From: Antedon mediterranea
Lineage: Eukaryota > Animalia > Echinodermata
Length of the DNA stretch: 64,000 nucleotides
NCBI RefSeq assembly: GCF_964355755.1
Contig: NC_092673.1
Span: forward strand, 29,633,648-29,697,647
Direction: 5' to 3'
This document shows, piece by piece, positions 13,101 to 26,900 of this stretch. The notes beneath the pieces are model-generated. The model made no database searches and was not told the origin of the DNA. It saw nothing but the letters and a program-made list of their open reading frames with translations. Each line of letters opens with the position of its first letter. Position 1 is the first letter of the stretch. The translations under genes were made by a program, and so were the position numbers.

Positions 13101-16100
13101 GGTTTACTTGTGATGATGTTCAAGTCGTTGCTATGCATTCATTTCCTTCTCTTGTTATGGACCATAATGTATTGCAGTATTTTCATGACATTCTGACTTG
13201 TAAAATTAACCACAATGCTTTGCACTGTTTTGTACAATACATTTATATATGATTTAAAGTTATCCTGATTTAATCATTATTTGTTGTGAACATAAAAATT
13301 AAATAATTGTAATTTAATTTTTAAACAGTTGTAAAAATAATTTAATTTATTACTTAACAATAAATGAATTACATTTTGTCGTGTTATTGTTTAAAAATGT
13401 ATCAACTTTCTTTAAACAATACAACAATAAGCAGTACTATTTATTTATGTGTATCTCAACATTAAATTTTAAAATTCACTCAATATATCCTAAATCTAGG
13501 TTATATTGATAGGTTAAAATAAAGATTATTTGGGATGAAAAATATATTAATCGGTGAATGGTAAATTAAAGATTGAAGTATTTCAGACCGCTAAGTACAA
13601 ACTGTATCATCATACACTAGAAACACTTGGTTGAGTCCTGCTTTATTCAACTCAGAAGGGAGCCAAGTTTGTGAATATCCCGTGCCTCATGGGACAACGT
13701 TCAAGTCATCAAAAAGTCATGATTTTTTAAGCAATAAAAAGTTGTTCACATATTCCTGTGGTTTCATAGGACCATCTTTCCGAATCAGTAATTTTTATTT
13801 GGAATACTATCTTGTCTAAGATTATGATTAAAAACGAGATAGCAAATTATTTTTATATTTTTCTTTAGAGATCATTTTGTATTAAATCCTAGTTAAATAC
13901 TTCACCCAAGTTTATTATTATCAACAACAAAAAAACCTCAACAAAATGTAATAATCTCTTCTGTTTTTTTATTTATTCATTTTTCAAAAATAATCTAAAT
14001 TTGTTTTTCTCAAAAGTTGATAGTTTGTATTAAATAATTTATCGTCTACATGAAATTCTGTAATTGTTAATTTGTTAAATTATCTAAATTAAGTTTTTTC
14101 ATTTCAAGAATAATTATTTGATTTTAAAATCATAAAGTCTGCAATTGCTTACTCTATAATTTAAAACAATTTCTAATTCACTTTAAATTTTTATGCTCAA
14201 TAATAATTAGGTCCATATTTAGTGAAGAAAAAAAAATTAATAGAAAAAGTGTCTGCTAATAATGCAAGTTTGCATCTAAGCCTTAAGTCCCTAGCGATCA
14301 AACAGCATACCTATTTTGCAAACACATTTAATTACTTTTCAACTTATTGTGAATAATGATGATGAAGCCTTTGATTACGAAATCTCTGTATCTTTGGTGG
14401 AGATTATATTGAAAGAGTCCGCCACATAGCTACCGGGGTAATAACACTGTTTGACGAAATCCTTCGGGACACGGACATTCTGTAGCCTAATGAGGGGGTT
14501 AGCCAGGTTTCATCCGGTATCCAATTGTTTTTAAGCTCAAGATCATGATATGTAAAATATTTTCATCTTCATGTCCTAAAGCAATTTCTGTGGGAATAAT
14601 GTTATTTTGTTGCCAGAAAAATATTCAGATTCTTGATTTGGTTAGTTTATGAGCTACTTAGTATTTGCTTTTAAATTAAAATGTATGAAAAATGATCAAA
14701 GAACACTATTGTTTTGGTTTGACAAAAAAAAAATTGTATGAAAAATGAATATATTATTCTTCATTGTTGTAAACATGGCTGTGTTATTTCAAAAGTTGTA
14801 ATGACTCACTTCTTTAAACACCTTAAGATCTTTCCTCTCTCGACTACAACTTTTGACATTTTAACAAAATCGATCAAAATAAATTTAGGGGAATTGACAC
14901 CTTCATTTAGCTGCCCAGAAGGTCAGTCTTATTATTGTTTTTGCTTATTTTGCAAAATATCAACAAAGAAAAAGCATTTTTTTCAAGTTTCATTTTTCAC
15001 CTTCCTGTTAAATATGGAAGGCATTATATGCCAAAATTAGGAAAGTGAAACAATATTACAATTTGAGTACATTAATAAGCAACAGATATTCATAATCGAA
15101 ACAACAATAAAGAATGTATTTTGCATATTGATGTGTTTTGTCACCGGTTGCTGTCCATAGATGGATGTATCTTGGTGAAGCAGTAGGAAGCTGGTTAAAA
15201 TGTTAGATTATTCTGTTAAAATGCCAATTGAATTGAAGTGCTTTTGAGTGATGTTGATGAAGATGTCTACCGATCAACCTAAATTGTTTCAATTTATCAA
15301 AAGCACGTAGTACTTGCCGTCATAACTTTTTTTAGAACAGTTTTTACATGGCAGCAGGATTTGACCGTTTGTTGTTCATGTAAGGAAGTCTACATACAAG
15401 CTTACAAAAAAATGTAAATTTGTTTGCTTTAAAATACTAAACAAAAACAGATTTACAAAATCTACTACTATCAAATTAGTAGATAAATTATTTAATTTAG
15501 AAATTTGTGTGAAATATATATTTGCTTTAAATAAATTTTACAAAACTTTAAAAATATGACAAAAATTAAGACGCTATGATAAAAGTGCCTGTGTTATGGC
15601 ATTTGTGGGAAGATAGGTTTAGAAGTAAAATTGTCTTAACTTTTTTCATCACTCGTTGCAAATCATAATGAGTTTAAATTAATAGTTTCCAGTTTTCTTG
15701 CAACCTTTCATCATCATATTAACACTGTTTTTATCCACGTTGAAATGTTGAGTAAACCCTGTTTACACTAAAGCAATCTTTACTACTAGGAAAGAGAAAA
15801 TAATTCCCAGACAATATATTAAGGTGTGGACAGACTTGTTCAGTACATTTTTCACTGTTTCTTTACATTGAAAGGTACTGGATATAATGATCTAAATATT
15901 TAAAGATTTGTTAGGCTAAATAATCAACATCTATGTCATCATAATAAAAGAGTGTTGATGTTCTTATACTCACCAAATTTATATAACCTAGTGGTCAAAT
16001 AGATCCAAGTCTGTGATCAAATTGATCTTGTGTTGTGGTCAAATTTGACTGGCTAAAGTGGTTATATTTGTTTAGGACACTGGTCAAATATTGACAAGGT

Positions 16101-17375
16101 AAATATAAAGATGATAATTAGTATTGGTCTTTGTCTGTCCAGACAACTCGGTCAATAACATATTATTTTCGGCCAACTTGAATAATACTTAATTGTTTAA
16201 ATAATGAATTGTATTTAGTTGTATAATGTTGTGCTGCAGGGACTGTAGTGCGGGAATAGATGACCAGACAGCCAGACAGGCAGACAGCCCCCTAGGGTTA
16301 GACCTTAAGTGAACTTCTCTAGTACATTAGTATCGAGTGTTTATGTAAATTTGGTTTCTTGAATGTTAAATAATTTTCATTTATCTATTAACTGTATTAT
16401 TAAATGAAAATTATTTTTTCCATTGCAATACTATCACCCTAGAAAATGTTAAGATGTAAATATTTGGATAAGAAGATAAAAATCTTATGTACTTTTCACA
16501 CATTTTGAAATAGTACAGTAATTACCATAATAGCAGCTGATGCTTTAGGGCCTTAACACCCAAACTCAACACTTTTTAACTACAATTTAATTGAGCGTAA
16601 TAATTCCAATTTACCAACGACTTCCCTACTGACAAATTAGTATAAATACAGCGAATTTCAACCGAAATCTTACCAAGGTCGAAAGGTGAAAGAAAACTAG
16701 TCAAATTTGGCACGAATTGTTCCCCAGAGTAGAGGCAGTTGAAAGAGACTGAAGAAACGCTAGTTATTGGTCTGACTCTACCTATTACAACCCTGTTGTG
16801 TGCTAATTGGGGTGCAGCATTTGTGGTCTTTGATGTTTCTAGAAGGTTAATTGAAGCGGCTCTTAAGAATACAATGTTACCGCATTTAACTCTAACTCAA
16901 TGCAATTCAACTTGACATAAATTGGTTTCCGATTTGCGTAGTTAACAAGTCTTTTTTTCTTTTAAGTGTTTAATCATTTTGCTTCCGATTTGCTAACATT
17001 GATTGTTTAAAGATCGGTAATTTGAAGAAAAAAAATCTAGTTACCAATATCCCTGTTTTATACTTTAAATCATATTCAATTGAGAATTTGAGCCATTCTC
17101 AACTTTATTTTATATCCTTTTTGTGTACCGCAACTTTTCAGTTTTATTATTGATTTTTAAATTCTTAGCAGTGAATTTTATATTGCATAGTTCTTTATGA
17201 AAGGTGATGTTGTTCTAAGAAGAACTAGAAGGTCTGTGTTTTTATAGCTGCTATTGAAATGAAAACATTATTCTAATGCAATTATTGCCAACGGGTAAAT
17301 CCAGAAGAAGTCCGCCGCACAACTACAGCATTAAATCATAATGATTTTGACAACCAACTTTTGACTTGAATGTAC

Positions 17376-17925
17376 ATATGGACATAATGTAACTATATAT
17401 GGACATAATGTAACTATATATGGACATAATGTAACTATATATGGACATAATGTAACTATATATGGACATAATGTAATATGGACATAATGTAGCTATATGG
17501 ACATAATGTAACTATAATATGGACATAATGTAGCTATATATGGACATAATGTAACTATATATGGACATAATGTAATATGGACATAATGTAGCTATATGGA
17601 CATAATGTAACTATAATATGGACATAATGTAGCTATATATGGACATAATGTAACTATATATGGACATAATGTAGCTATATATGGACATAATGTAGCTATA
17701 TATGGACATAATGTAGCTATATATGGACATAATGTAGCTATATATGGACATAATGTAGCTATATATGGACATAATGTAGCTATATATGGACATAATGTAG
17801 CTATATATGGATATAGCATTACTATATGGATATATAGCATTAGTATTGATATACTGTAGTGTAGTGTATGGATATAGCATTACTATATGGAAATAGCATT
17901 ACTAATGGATATACCATTACTATAT
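17376..17925. repeat. 21-bp minisatellite TATGGACATAATGTA(A/G)CTATA, grading into a TATGGATATAGCATTAC variant
   Basis: About 20 tandem copies; source of the spurious CPYIATL and SYIMSIY ORFs. Confidence 0.97.
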
Positions 17926-20900
17926 GTATGAGGAAAAAATAATTGATTACTGTGCTTTAAATCAATATTTTAACTTTTTAGCTTCTGGAACGTGATGTGT
18001 TCATCTTGGTTTTAATGTAATAATCTGTATTGTTTATTGTTAGGTTTTTAAAGTATAGGTAGTTTTTGGATGAACAACAGTGAACAGGGTATTTCTATCT
18101 TTACTTATTTTTGTGTTTGGTAGGGATCTATGCTATATATAGGATACATCTCTCTGATACAATAGAACGATTCTTTCTAAAATTAGTATAGCAAGAGTAA
18201 AGACTGATGTAATGCTTGTTTTACTGCATATGACTCGCCCACCTGTGGAGTGTGGCAAACAAAATACATTCTGACAGAAGGGATGGTATACTAGTTTGAT
18301 TTTAACAACACAGGTTAAAAGCATGAGTTCTGATTTGTCTGCGTAAATTGAATAGGTCATATTACAGACTCTAGTTGCTCTTTGTATCCTAGTAGTATTC
18401 ATAAATCATTTGAATTTAATGTTTAGGAGTTCATTTCAGTTTAAAAACGGTAAACATTGTATAATATAATAGTCACGTCTTAGGAATAGGCTATATTTAT
18501 TCATGTTGACTATTTCCTGTTGAAATCTTTGACAAAGGGGTAAATAAATTTCTTTGAATAGTTTGTCAATGTCAACAAAACACAATATTCAACTTTGCTA
18601 TGTTTTAACATTACGGGAATTCGTATTAAAAAATTAGTATTTAAAATGTTATAAAATAGTCTGTATTTTACAGTTTGTGATACTTTTAACCAATCAGGGC
18701 GCTCCATATAAACAGTTTAGGCAACCTTTTGATCTTAGTACTTGACTCTCCTCAGCGAGATCAACATGTTACTAAACACTTCCTTCAATACATTCTCAAT
18801 CATTACCAGATAAATATATTTCAAAAGGTGACCTGCTTCAAAATGGCTGCCTTTCTTTTAATGATTGATCCGAATTCCTCAGTGGAGCCAACTAGTATAG
18901 GTGGTGATTAAAGGCCTGATAGCTTTTGTTTTATGCTATGAGTTTAATCACTGTACTTAGGAGGAGAAATGGATGATTCTACCTATCAGTTATGGCAGTG
19001 GTCCTAGGTAGCCTGACCTCATCTACTTTGCTTAATATTACAGTTAGCTAACTTAATGTCCAACAGATGTGGTTTACTTTTGTGTTCAGTTTTAATATCC
19101 CTGGCTACCACATCCAATTCACCGGCAATTAGCTCCTTCTTCTCGCAAGATTTGGTTACTAAAAGAAATGAATTGTTGTCTTTGAGGAAATCACCCGAAA
19201 AATTCCTTCTACTGAACTTTAACTTGCCAACATACATTTTGTGAGCTAATCTTTCACATCAATACATATTGAATGAATAGCATTTAAAAAAAAGAAATAA
19301 CAATTAAATAAAGAAATTGATAATTAAATATAACAAATTTTAATTCAGTGGTTTAAATTTCCAATGTCCTATTAAAAATATTAAATGTTTTTGTTTAGTA
19401 ATAAAGTATTTATCCTGTAAATTTTAGTTTTATCAAATTAATAATTGTTTGTTTTTTAAACATAATTATAATAATCAATTCAATTTTAGTAGAAAACATT
19501 TACAATTCATTATTACTTTAAAAAAAATCTAAATCGTTTTGTGTTTCTTATTTAATCTTATTACACTTCTCATCATTAACAAATTGTTAATAAAATTGAG
19601 TTAGGGAATAATATTTACCAGAAAGGCCAACATTCGTCAGTGAACTCAGTCGGCCAACGTCCCCGATTTTAAGCCAATATTGACCTAGCCTCATTTCGAT
19701 AAACTGCTAACCCTTTACAAATGAAACTTGGTGACCCCAGACGTAAGAGCAAATAAAGCTTCGATTATTCTCTTTCCTATTCTATTACTGAGTAGCTTAG
19801 AAATTACTGCATATCCACAAAGGCTTGTGGTTGTATGTACATATTTATTCAACTCTTAACAGAATTTATACAATTCTTAGTCCACTCTTATAGTTTATTT
19901 CTTCGTTACGTATAATATGTATGAAAATTTAACAAATTGTTTAAATGTGTTTTTAATCCTTACATTGCCTATATACCGTGACAAAGGGAAATTTACACAT
20001 GTTTGAGAATTTTCTCAATGAATCTTTCATTTCCTTAAAAGCTAAAGGCAATTTTTAAATAATTTTTGGTTTGCAATCTTTTGGTTCCCCGTCATTTTGT
20101 GATCCAACGGTGGAGACATGGGCGTTTCGAGACTCAAAATGGAGAAAAAGAAAGAAAGAAATTATCCTTGGATAGATGAATTATAGCGAGATATCTGATC
20201 TTGAATTACACAAAGATGGTCTAAATTATTGACCTAAATACTTTGTTTTAACCTTGGAGCTCTACAATTCTTTATAAATTTAAATTAAATAAAATCTTAA
20301 GAGACAAAATAAGTTGGTAATTTAAGAATGAGAGGTGACGAAGATATGTAGCGGGAAGATGAACAAATAAATAATAATATCAATAATTTATTTTTCAATT
20401 AAATGCTTAGATATTAACAATTTTCATTTGATGACAATATTTATTTCATTTATCTCATCAAATTTAAAATTATGATTTTGTCATTTTTGTAGTAAAATGG
20501 CCATTAAAAACTAGTACTGTTGATAAACAGTAGAACACAAGTAAAATTGAACACGTTTTTATTTGTAGTAAAATAAACAGAATAATGTTTAGCTTATCTT
20601 AAAAATATTTATCATTCAATATAAAATGAAATGCTGTTGGTGTAGAAATGCCCAATAACTTGTAGCTAGCAAATATTATATAAACAATTGTTATTTTTCT
20701 CATTAAGTATAATTATGAAATTATTCATGTCCTTGTTTCAATGCTTGATCAAAGGTGTCAGTATATTTCTTACTTGTGTATTGTTTTTCATATAAATGTA
20801 TTTGAGTCCAACTACCAGGGGAATCTAATATGAACAGGTTGAAGTCAGCAGGGATTTCAGTCAGTTTGACTTCAAACTACTATGTTACCCAATTACCTAT

Positions 20901-23900
20901 CCAGTATGGTTTAATACAGTTTATTATGGTTACAATATTGTACACTAATTATTACTAATAATATTTTAGGATTTATAAACATTTTCTTCTTTTAGATATA
21001 ATAAAATCAATTTTGTGATATTAATAGTTTAAAATAAAGGGATCTGATGTTTAAAACCTGCAATTGTCTTTAGTTGCACATTTAATTTCTTTTGAAAAAA
21101 AAACTTAAAATTTGTAATTTTTAATGAATATTTTATACTTATCTTCTTGTAATTTTAATTGTTAAACTCTAAAAATTTGATTTACAACAATTTACTAACT
21201 GCAATGTAGTTAGTAGCGGTTAAATGTTTATCAAAGGCAGTTTCTGTTTTCGTTAATTTTATGTCTGAAAAGGTGGAAAGGAGAATAAAATCTGGGTATA
21301 CTAACACATCCCTTATCAACAGAAGCCAATAGCCAATCCTCCGGTGAGCGTTAAGCCTGTTCTTTGTATTGTCTCATACTTAAAGCCTTTGCCTAATTAA
21401 ATTTTATTTTGTTCTATTTAGTGTCATATTTCATATAATTTTATCACTTTCAGTTGGCCATGTAAAACAAGTCTCAACTGACCAGTTTGATTTCTAATAG
21501 TAGGAAGGTCAGTAATATCTTGTATCTAAGTTAATAATGCCTTCAATGATCTTAACTAACATGGTCACCAGAGAATCAGCATTAGCTATCAAAATGTAGA
21601 ATCCAATTAATACTGGACAATAACTGGTCATTTCATTGTCCAGTTGACATAGCCAATAAGCCGTTTTCAAAATTCTGTTAAATAACAGATTTGCAACTTT
21701 ACACCTTGGTTTTTTTTATTATTGTGGATTGCATTGTTATTAGTGTTAGTTAGATTCTATGTTGCAAACTTGCTATGATATCTGAAACTTAATCTAGTGC
21801 TAGGCAACAGTAAGGCGGGATCTTAGATAGAAATTGTCTCCTTTGGGAACGTCTTCGTACCGTTCATGATTGCATTGGGAATCGGAATCCTCAAGCCTCC
21901 TGCATGATTAACTCAGTACCTTTTCATACTTGATTCATTCTGTTTTTGGCCCAATTCATTCCAAACTACCCGCGCCAACCACTTTATCCAAATTAAAAAG
22001 ACAATGATTGGACTTTAATCGCATTGATGATTAAGATTAATAAGTTCAATCAACATCAACTCGTGTCGTTCGTCTCATAATCTATGTGAAGTTAATTTTG
22101 AAAATTGTCTTTCCAAAATCGTGTACTGCCATCTTATTTGTTCCGCATCCCAGAATCTCGTAATGGTCTTTATGTTCTCATTTAATGTAGCCTTGGTAAC
22201 GAGCTTACCATAATGCTATTGGTTGAATCTAAAAAAAAACATGTAATGTTAAAGAAAATAGGTAAAGCCCAACCTGATTCAATGGTATATTTTTTTTCTC
22301 ATTTTTTTTTTAATGGTTGTGTGATAAAATAATACATTGCACTTCATCACAAACTTGTTTAAGAAATAATAGTAGAAATATTTGTTTGAAATTGTAAATA
22401 AAGGTTGTTGAATCACAAAACAGGTTTTATTATTTTATGAAAAGGGTACAGAATATAGGTTTAAGTAAAACCTGGTTTTAATAAACTTCTTTTGTCCAAA
22501 TCGGTTTGAATTGTGGTTTTTATAATAAGCTTGATAGCGTCCAGCATTTTCCCATCTTTTCTTTGAATTTAACTGTCATTGGTAATTTCTGGACATTGCT
22601 CTGTCTATTCTGTACACCTGTGTCACTAATTTTTTGCCCTCGTTGTGACCAGTATAGAAATAATCTTCATGGCGGAAGTAGGGTTACGTTTCTGCAATTT
22701 CATGCCTTTCATAGTTCTATAGTCTTCATGTAATTATACAAAAACTAAAGTATTTTTTTTTATTATTAAATTATAACATGTACAATGATTTTATTAACCA
22801 ACTCATCGTTAACTAATATTTTCCCCATATCAAAATTTATTTTTGTTATTCCTGATATGATTTCTTGAGTGGTTCTTGCCTTTTAATATCATGTATTTTT
22901 TATTACACCAATTTTCAAGGTTTACAAACAACGCACCCTATTTAGAAAACTATGCCACAGTTAAGTGAAGTAAAATTCATAATTGCTGGGCATAGTTATA
23001 GGAGGAAGTTTTACTGTTTTGTAAAAACGTTTGGACATTTTCTACTACCCATGAGGTCGTGTATACAGGTGGTAAGGGAATGCTAATACGTCTGACCTAT
23101 TTGGTCCAATACCCCTTGATTTGATTTAAACAACTGAAAAAAAAATCTTGGCCAAAAACAGGTGAAATACTATTCACAGCATCTGGGGGAGTTGGAGGCT
23201 AGGAAGAATAGGATTTCGTATTTGGGTCGTGCATCTCTTGGGATTTTACCAAGAAAATTACTCTCTGTAAAGGTGTCAGGCAAAATAATTGTGTAAGTGA
23301 TATACAATCAAATGTGTATTCTCTCTAATTAGAATCTACATTGAGAAATGTTTGCGACGGTACGCACCAACATCACGGTGAAGTTTTTTTGTCCAATGCC
23401 GCGAGATGGTTGAATTGCCTGGGGACACCTTTCAGATGCGCTTTGATTCTTTGTGAAATGTGATTTTGAGGAGAATCGTAGCATAACGTGTATATCCTGA
23501 TTAGTTTGCATATAGTACCTAGCTTTTGAGATAAAACCTAAGAAATCTTTCTACTAAAATGGAATTTATATTAAGGTACCATATTAAGGTTAAGAAGTTG
23601 CCTCATCATGATGTTGCCGTCGTGATTTTACAAATTCTTTTGTCCACATTTTATTTGAAAACAAATTGAATAATGCAAAATAATATGCAAGTAGAAAATT
23701 GTGTTTCTTATTTATTGTTTGTTATAAAAGTACAGCCTTAAAACTAAGCATGTGATCTTAATTTTTGGGTGGCTTTGCGTTTATTAAAGCACCTGCTAAA
23801 TATTAACGAACCCGACAATATCTTTAGCCGTGTTCTTAGTTACATTTCCCGTTATTTAAACCCATGTTTCTTATCTTCAAAGTAAAATTTTAGCCTCTAA

Positions 23901-26900
23901 TTATAATGAAAAGTTGATTAACAAAGAACAGAATGATTGTTGTTGATATTTTATACTGTTTGTCTGGAATGAAAAAATTACAAACAAGGTCATGCTTTAA
24001 CTTTCTTTTTCGCACTTTAATGCAAATATTTTTCTTCTGTTTCATTCGATTCAACAAATACATAGAAATACATTTAATGCATATTCATTTGTTGATATAA
24101 TTATCACTTGGTCATGAAAAATGTAATAAAAAAAAACAATGTTTGTTAAACCTCCCTGTAAATATATTATGTTTTATAGTAAAGTTGAAATTCGTATTAT
24201 CTACCACACCTGTCAGGGTTTATGACAATTAAATTATTTATATTTTCAACTTACAGGTTTTTCCAGTTGAAATGTTTTTTTTTATTAAAATCTCTATTTC
24301 TAATGATTATGTAATACAAATTATGAATTTGAAATACAAGTAGTTTATTCTGATATTTAAATTTATTTGACAGACTTGAGGAATTTCATTGCAAATGTGT
24401 TGGTCAGTAGCACCAACACTGACAGCTGAGAAAATGACTCATGATAGTAGATAAACATACAGCGTTAAAACCATCAGGCATTCTCCAATATTACATCTTC
24501 ATCCATGTTCCCCATCCCTTCAAAATGGTTGCTAACACTGGGTAAACACTACCCGAATATTAGGATTACTTACTTCAACAAATAAACTAGATTTTTCCAA
24601 GATAATTTTGCTTTTTCAAGCTGAAATTGAAGACAGTAATGTTTTTCTATCTCCGTCAATCATACCGTTATGAATTCTGTCTAAACAGAACTGTTTGTTG
24701 ACATTCAATTTCATATTACTTTACTTAATATTAATGCAATGATGAAGGTGGGAGAAAGATTATTAATGCGAAATAAAACGATGAAAACAAAATGCAGTAG
24801 GCCAAATTTATACTGAAATCATTTTAAATATCTCCAAAATATATTTATAATATATTGCTTATACGTACATTTTTCCTGTGGATATTTTTTGGAAAATTAG
24901 TAAAAACAGTAAGCTGGCAATGTTGGAATAACCAGCATCTGGGAGAACAGTGACAGCCCAGTCAATGTCAGAATACCAAGGCTAGCTCAATCAAATACTC
25001 AAGGCTAGATCCACCAGTCAATCATTCAGCAACCTTTTTTTAAAAAAACCACATATTTATTATGTTCTCAATATTACAAAGATTAGTTTTAAAATATTTA
25101 CAACAATTATTGGTATCCCTTTTTATTAAAGGTTAAAGATTTAGCTAAAAATGTTTATTAGATAAGTATTTACCTAATTTAGCAAATCATTTCCCCCATT
25201 TAACAAGCTATTTGTTTGATTACATGTTAATTGTAGGTTGCAACGAGGAGTTCAATTGTCGTCGTCGCATACCGTGGGGTGCGTTTTGCTCTCGGCAGTA
25301 TCATTTATTATGAACTAATTCAACAAGGTCATTGCCTTTTATTCTAAGCCCAAATGGGAAGCCCATGATACTGAATGAATGCTTTGCTAGAAACCTTTAC
25401 AAGTCAACTTAGTTGGTTTTAAAGAAGCCTACCTGGGGAGCGTTTCGGCTTAGCCCTGAGGGCCAACAAAATCCTTCTCAAGAAAAATATGGGGTTCACA
25501 GTTTGGTCAGAGATGAATGTTATTAGCAATCAGAAAAATTGCTAAATAATGATGACATATTTTATTTTGAATTTTTGAATTTTTAAAAACATTTTTCGTG
25601 ACTTCAGTAAAATTAAAGTAATTAGTGTTTTATGTGTATGGCATGTGAATGTAAAAGTTACTGTTTCATTTTTGTGTTTATGCAAACTGTGTGTGTTAAG
25701 GGTAGATTATTATTATGAGTATGAAATAAAATAAAATAAAATTTATTACTTAAGATTATTATATTAAATAATCTTTTTAAAATTTAAAATTTTAGATAAA
25801 AATGTAAATTGTAGTACAGTATCAACAAACTGTTATGTATATACTGTATGAATTTAATAGTAGCCTCTCTTTTGTAATTTTTGTTCATGTTTGAGATTTT
25901 TTAATAAGTTTATGAAATAGAAAATTCTTGAAATATTAATGAAGTATAATGGATAGGATGCCCCCCAAGTTTGGTACCAATGATGCCTCTAAGATCAAAA
26001 GATAATTGCAACATTTCCTCATCGAAACTGGTGCGTTGTGGATTTCCGTTTCGTTATCTATGTATTTGATCAAATCAAGGTTTTTACAGTAAGTCACCAA
26101 TAATCCAGTTATCAACATTCATTTCAGTCAGTCGGATGTTGGCGACAATTCTTAGCATCTGGTTTGTCGTCGTCACTTAATCCACAGCTTGGGCCATTGT
26201 CTTCACCTTCTTGTAATCGCTTTTGTGATTGGTTTTTGATGTTGCCTGGCTTTTGCTACGAATACATTTATGATCCCATACCCAGTGGAGAATGCCCTTT
26301 AAATACATATTGCTTTAAAAAATGCATTTCTGATTTCCTAAACAAACTCGTAATTCACAACATTTACAACATAAATCAGTCAGTTGATCCATTTCAACTA
26401 TCGTCTGTTAAAGATTACAAGCAACGTATTTACAATATTGGTTTAAAAAAAAATAGGATTAAAAAATGTCAGCTCGACCGAGTCCATTAGAAAGCTGTTG
26501 ATTTGTAATTTGTTTATTCTCGTAAACTTTATCTCATCCGTTGATCCTACAAATTCACAAAAATACATTATTTTATCATTATCGAAGACTGACTTATTCT
26601 AATTATGTTTAATATATCACTGACCTTACATTAAAATAAGTTTACATTGCTTATTGTTGCGCTTGGGCGACTCGATATCATTAAACTTAGCTGTGTGTAT
26701 GTCATTAATTAAAAACTAAATACCCCAAGTTACAGCAGAGAGCTCACATGCAGAATCAAATTGATATGGATGCCATTGCAATTGTTTCTTTGCCGCATCG
26801 CTGACTACAAAGCTTCTGAAATTATTGACCATGATTCTATGAATATTTCAACTTACGCATGACGGTATAAATCACACCAATATATGAGCCTTGATATAAT

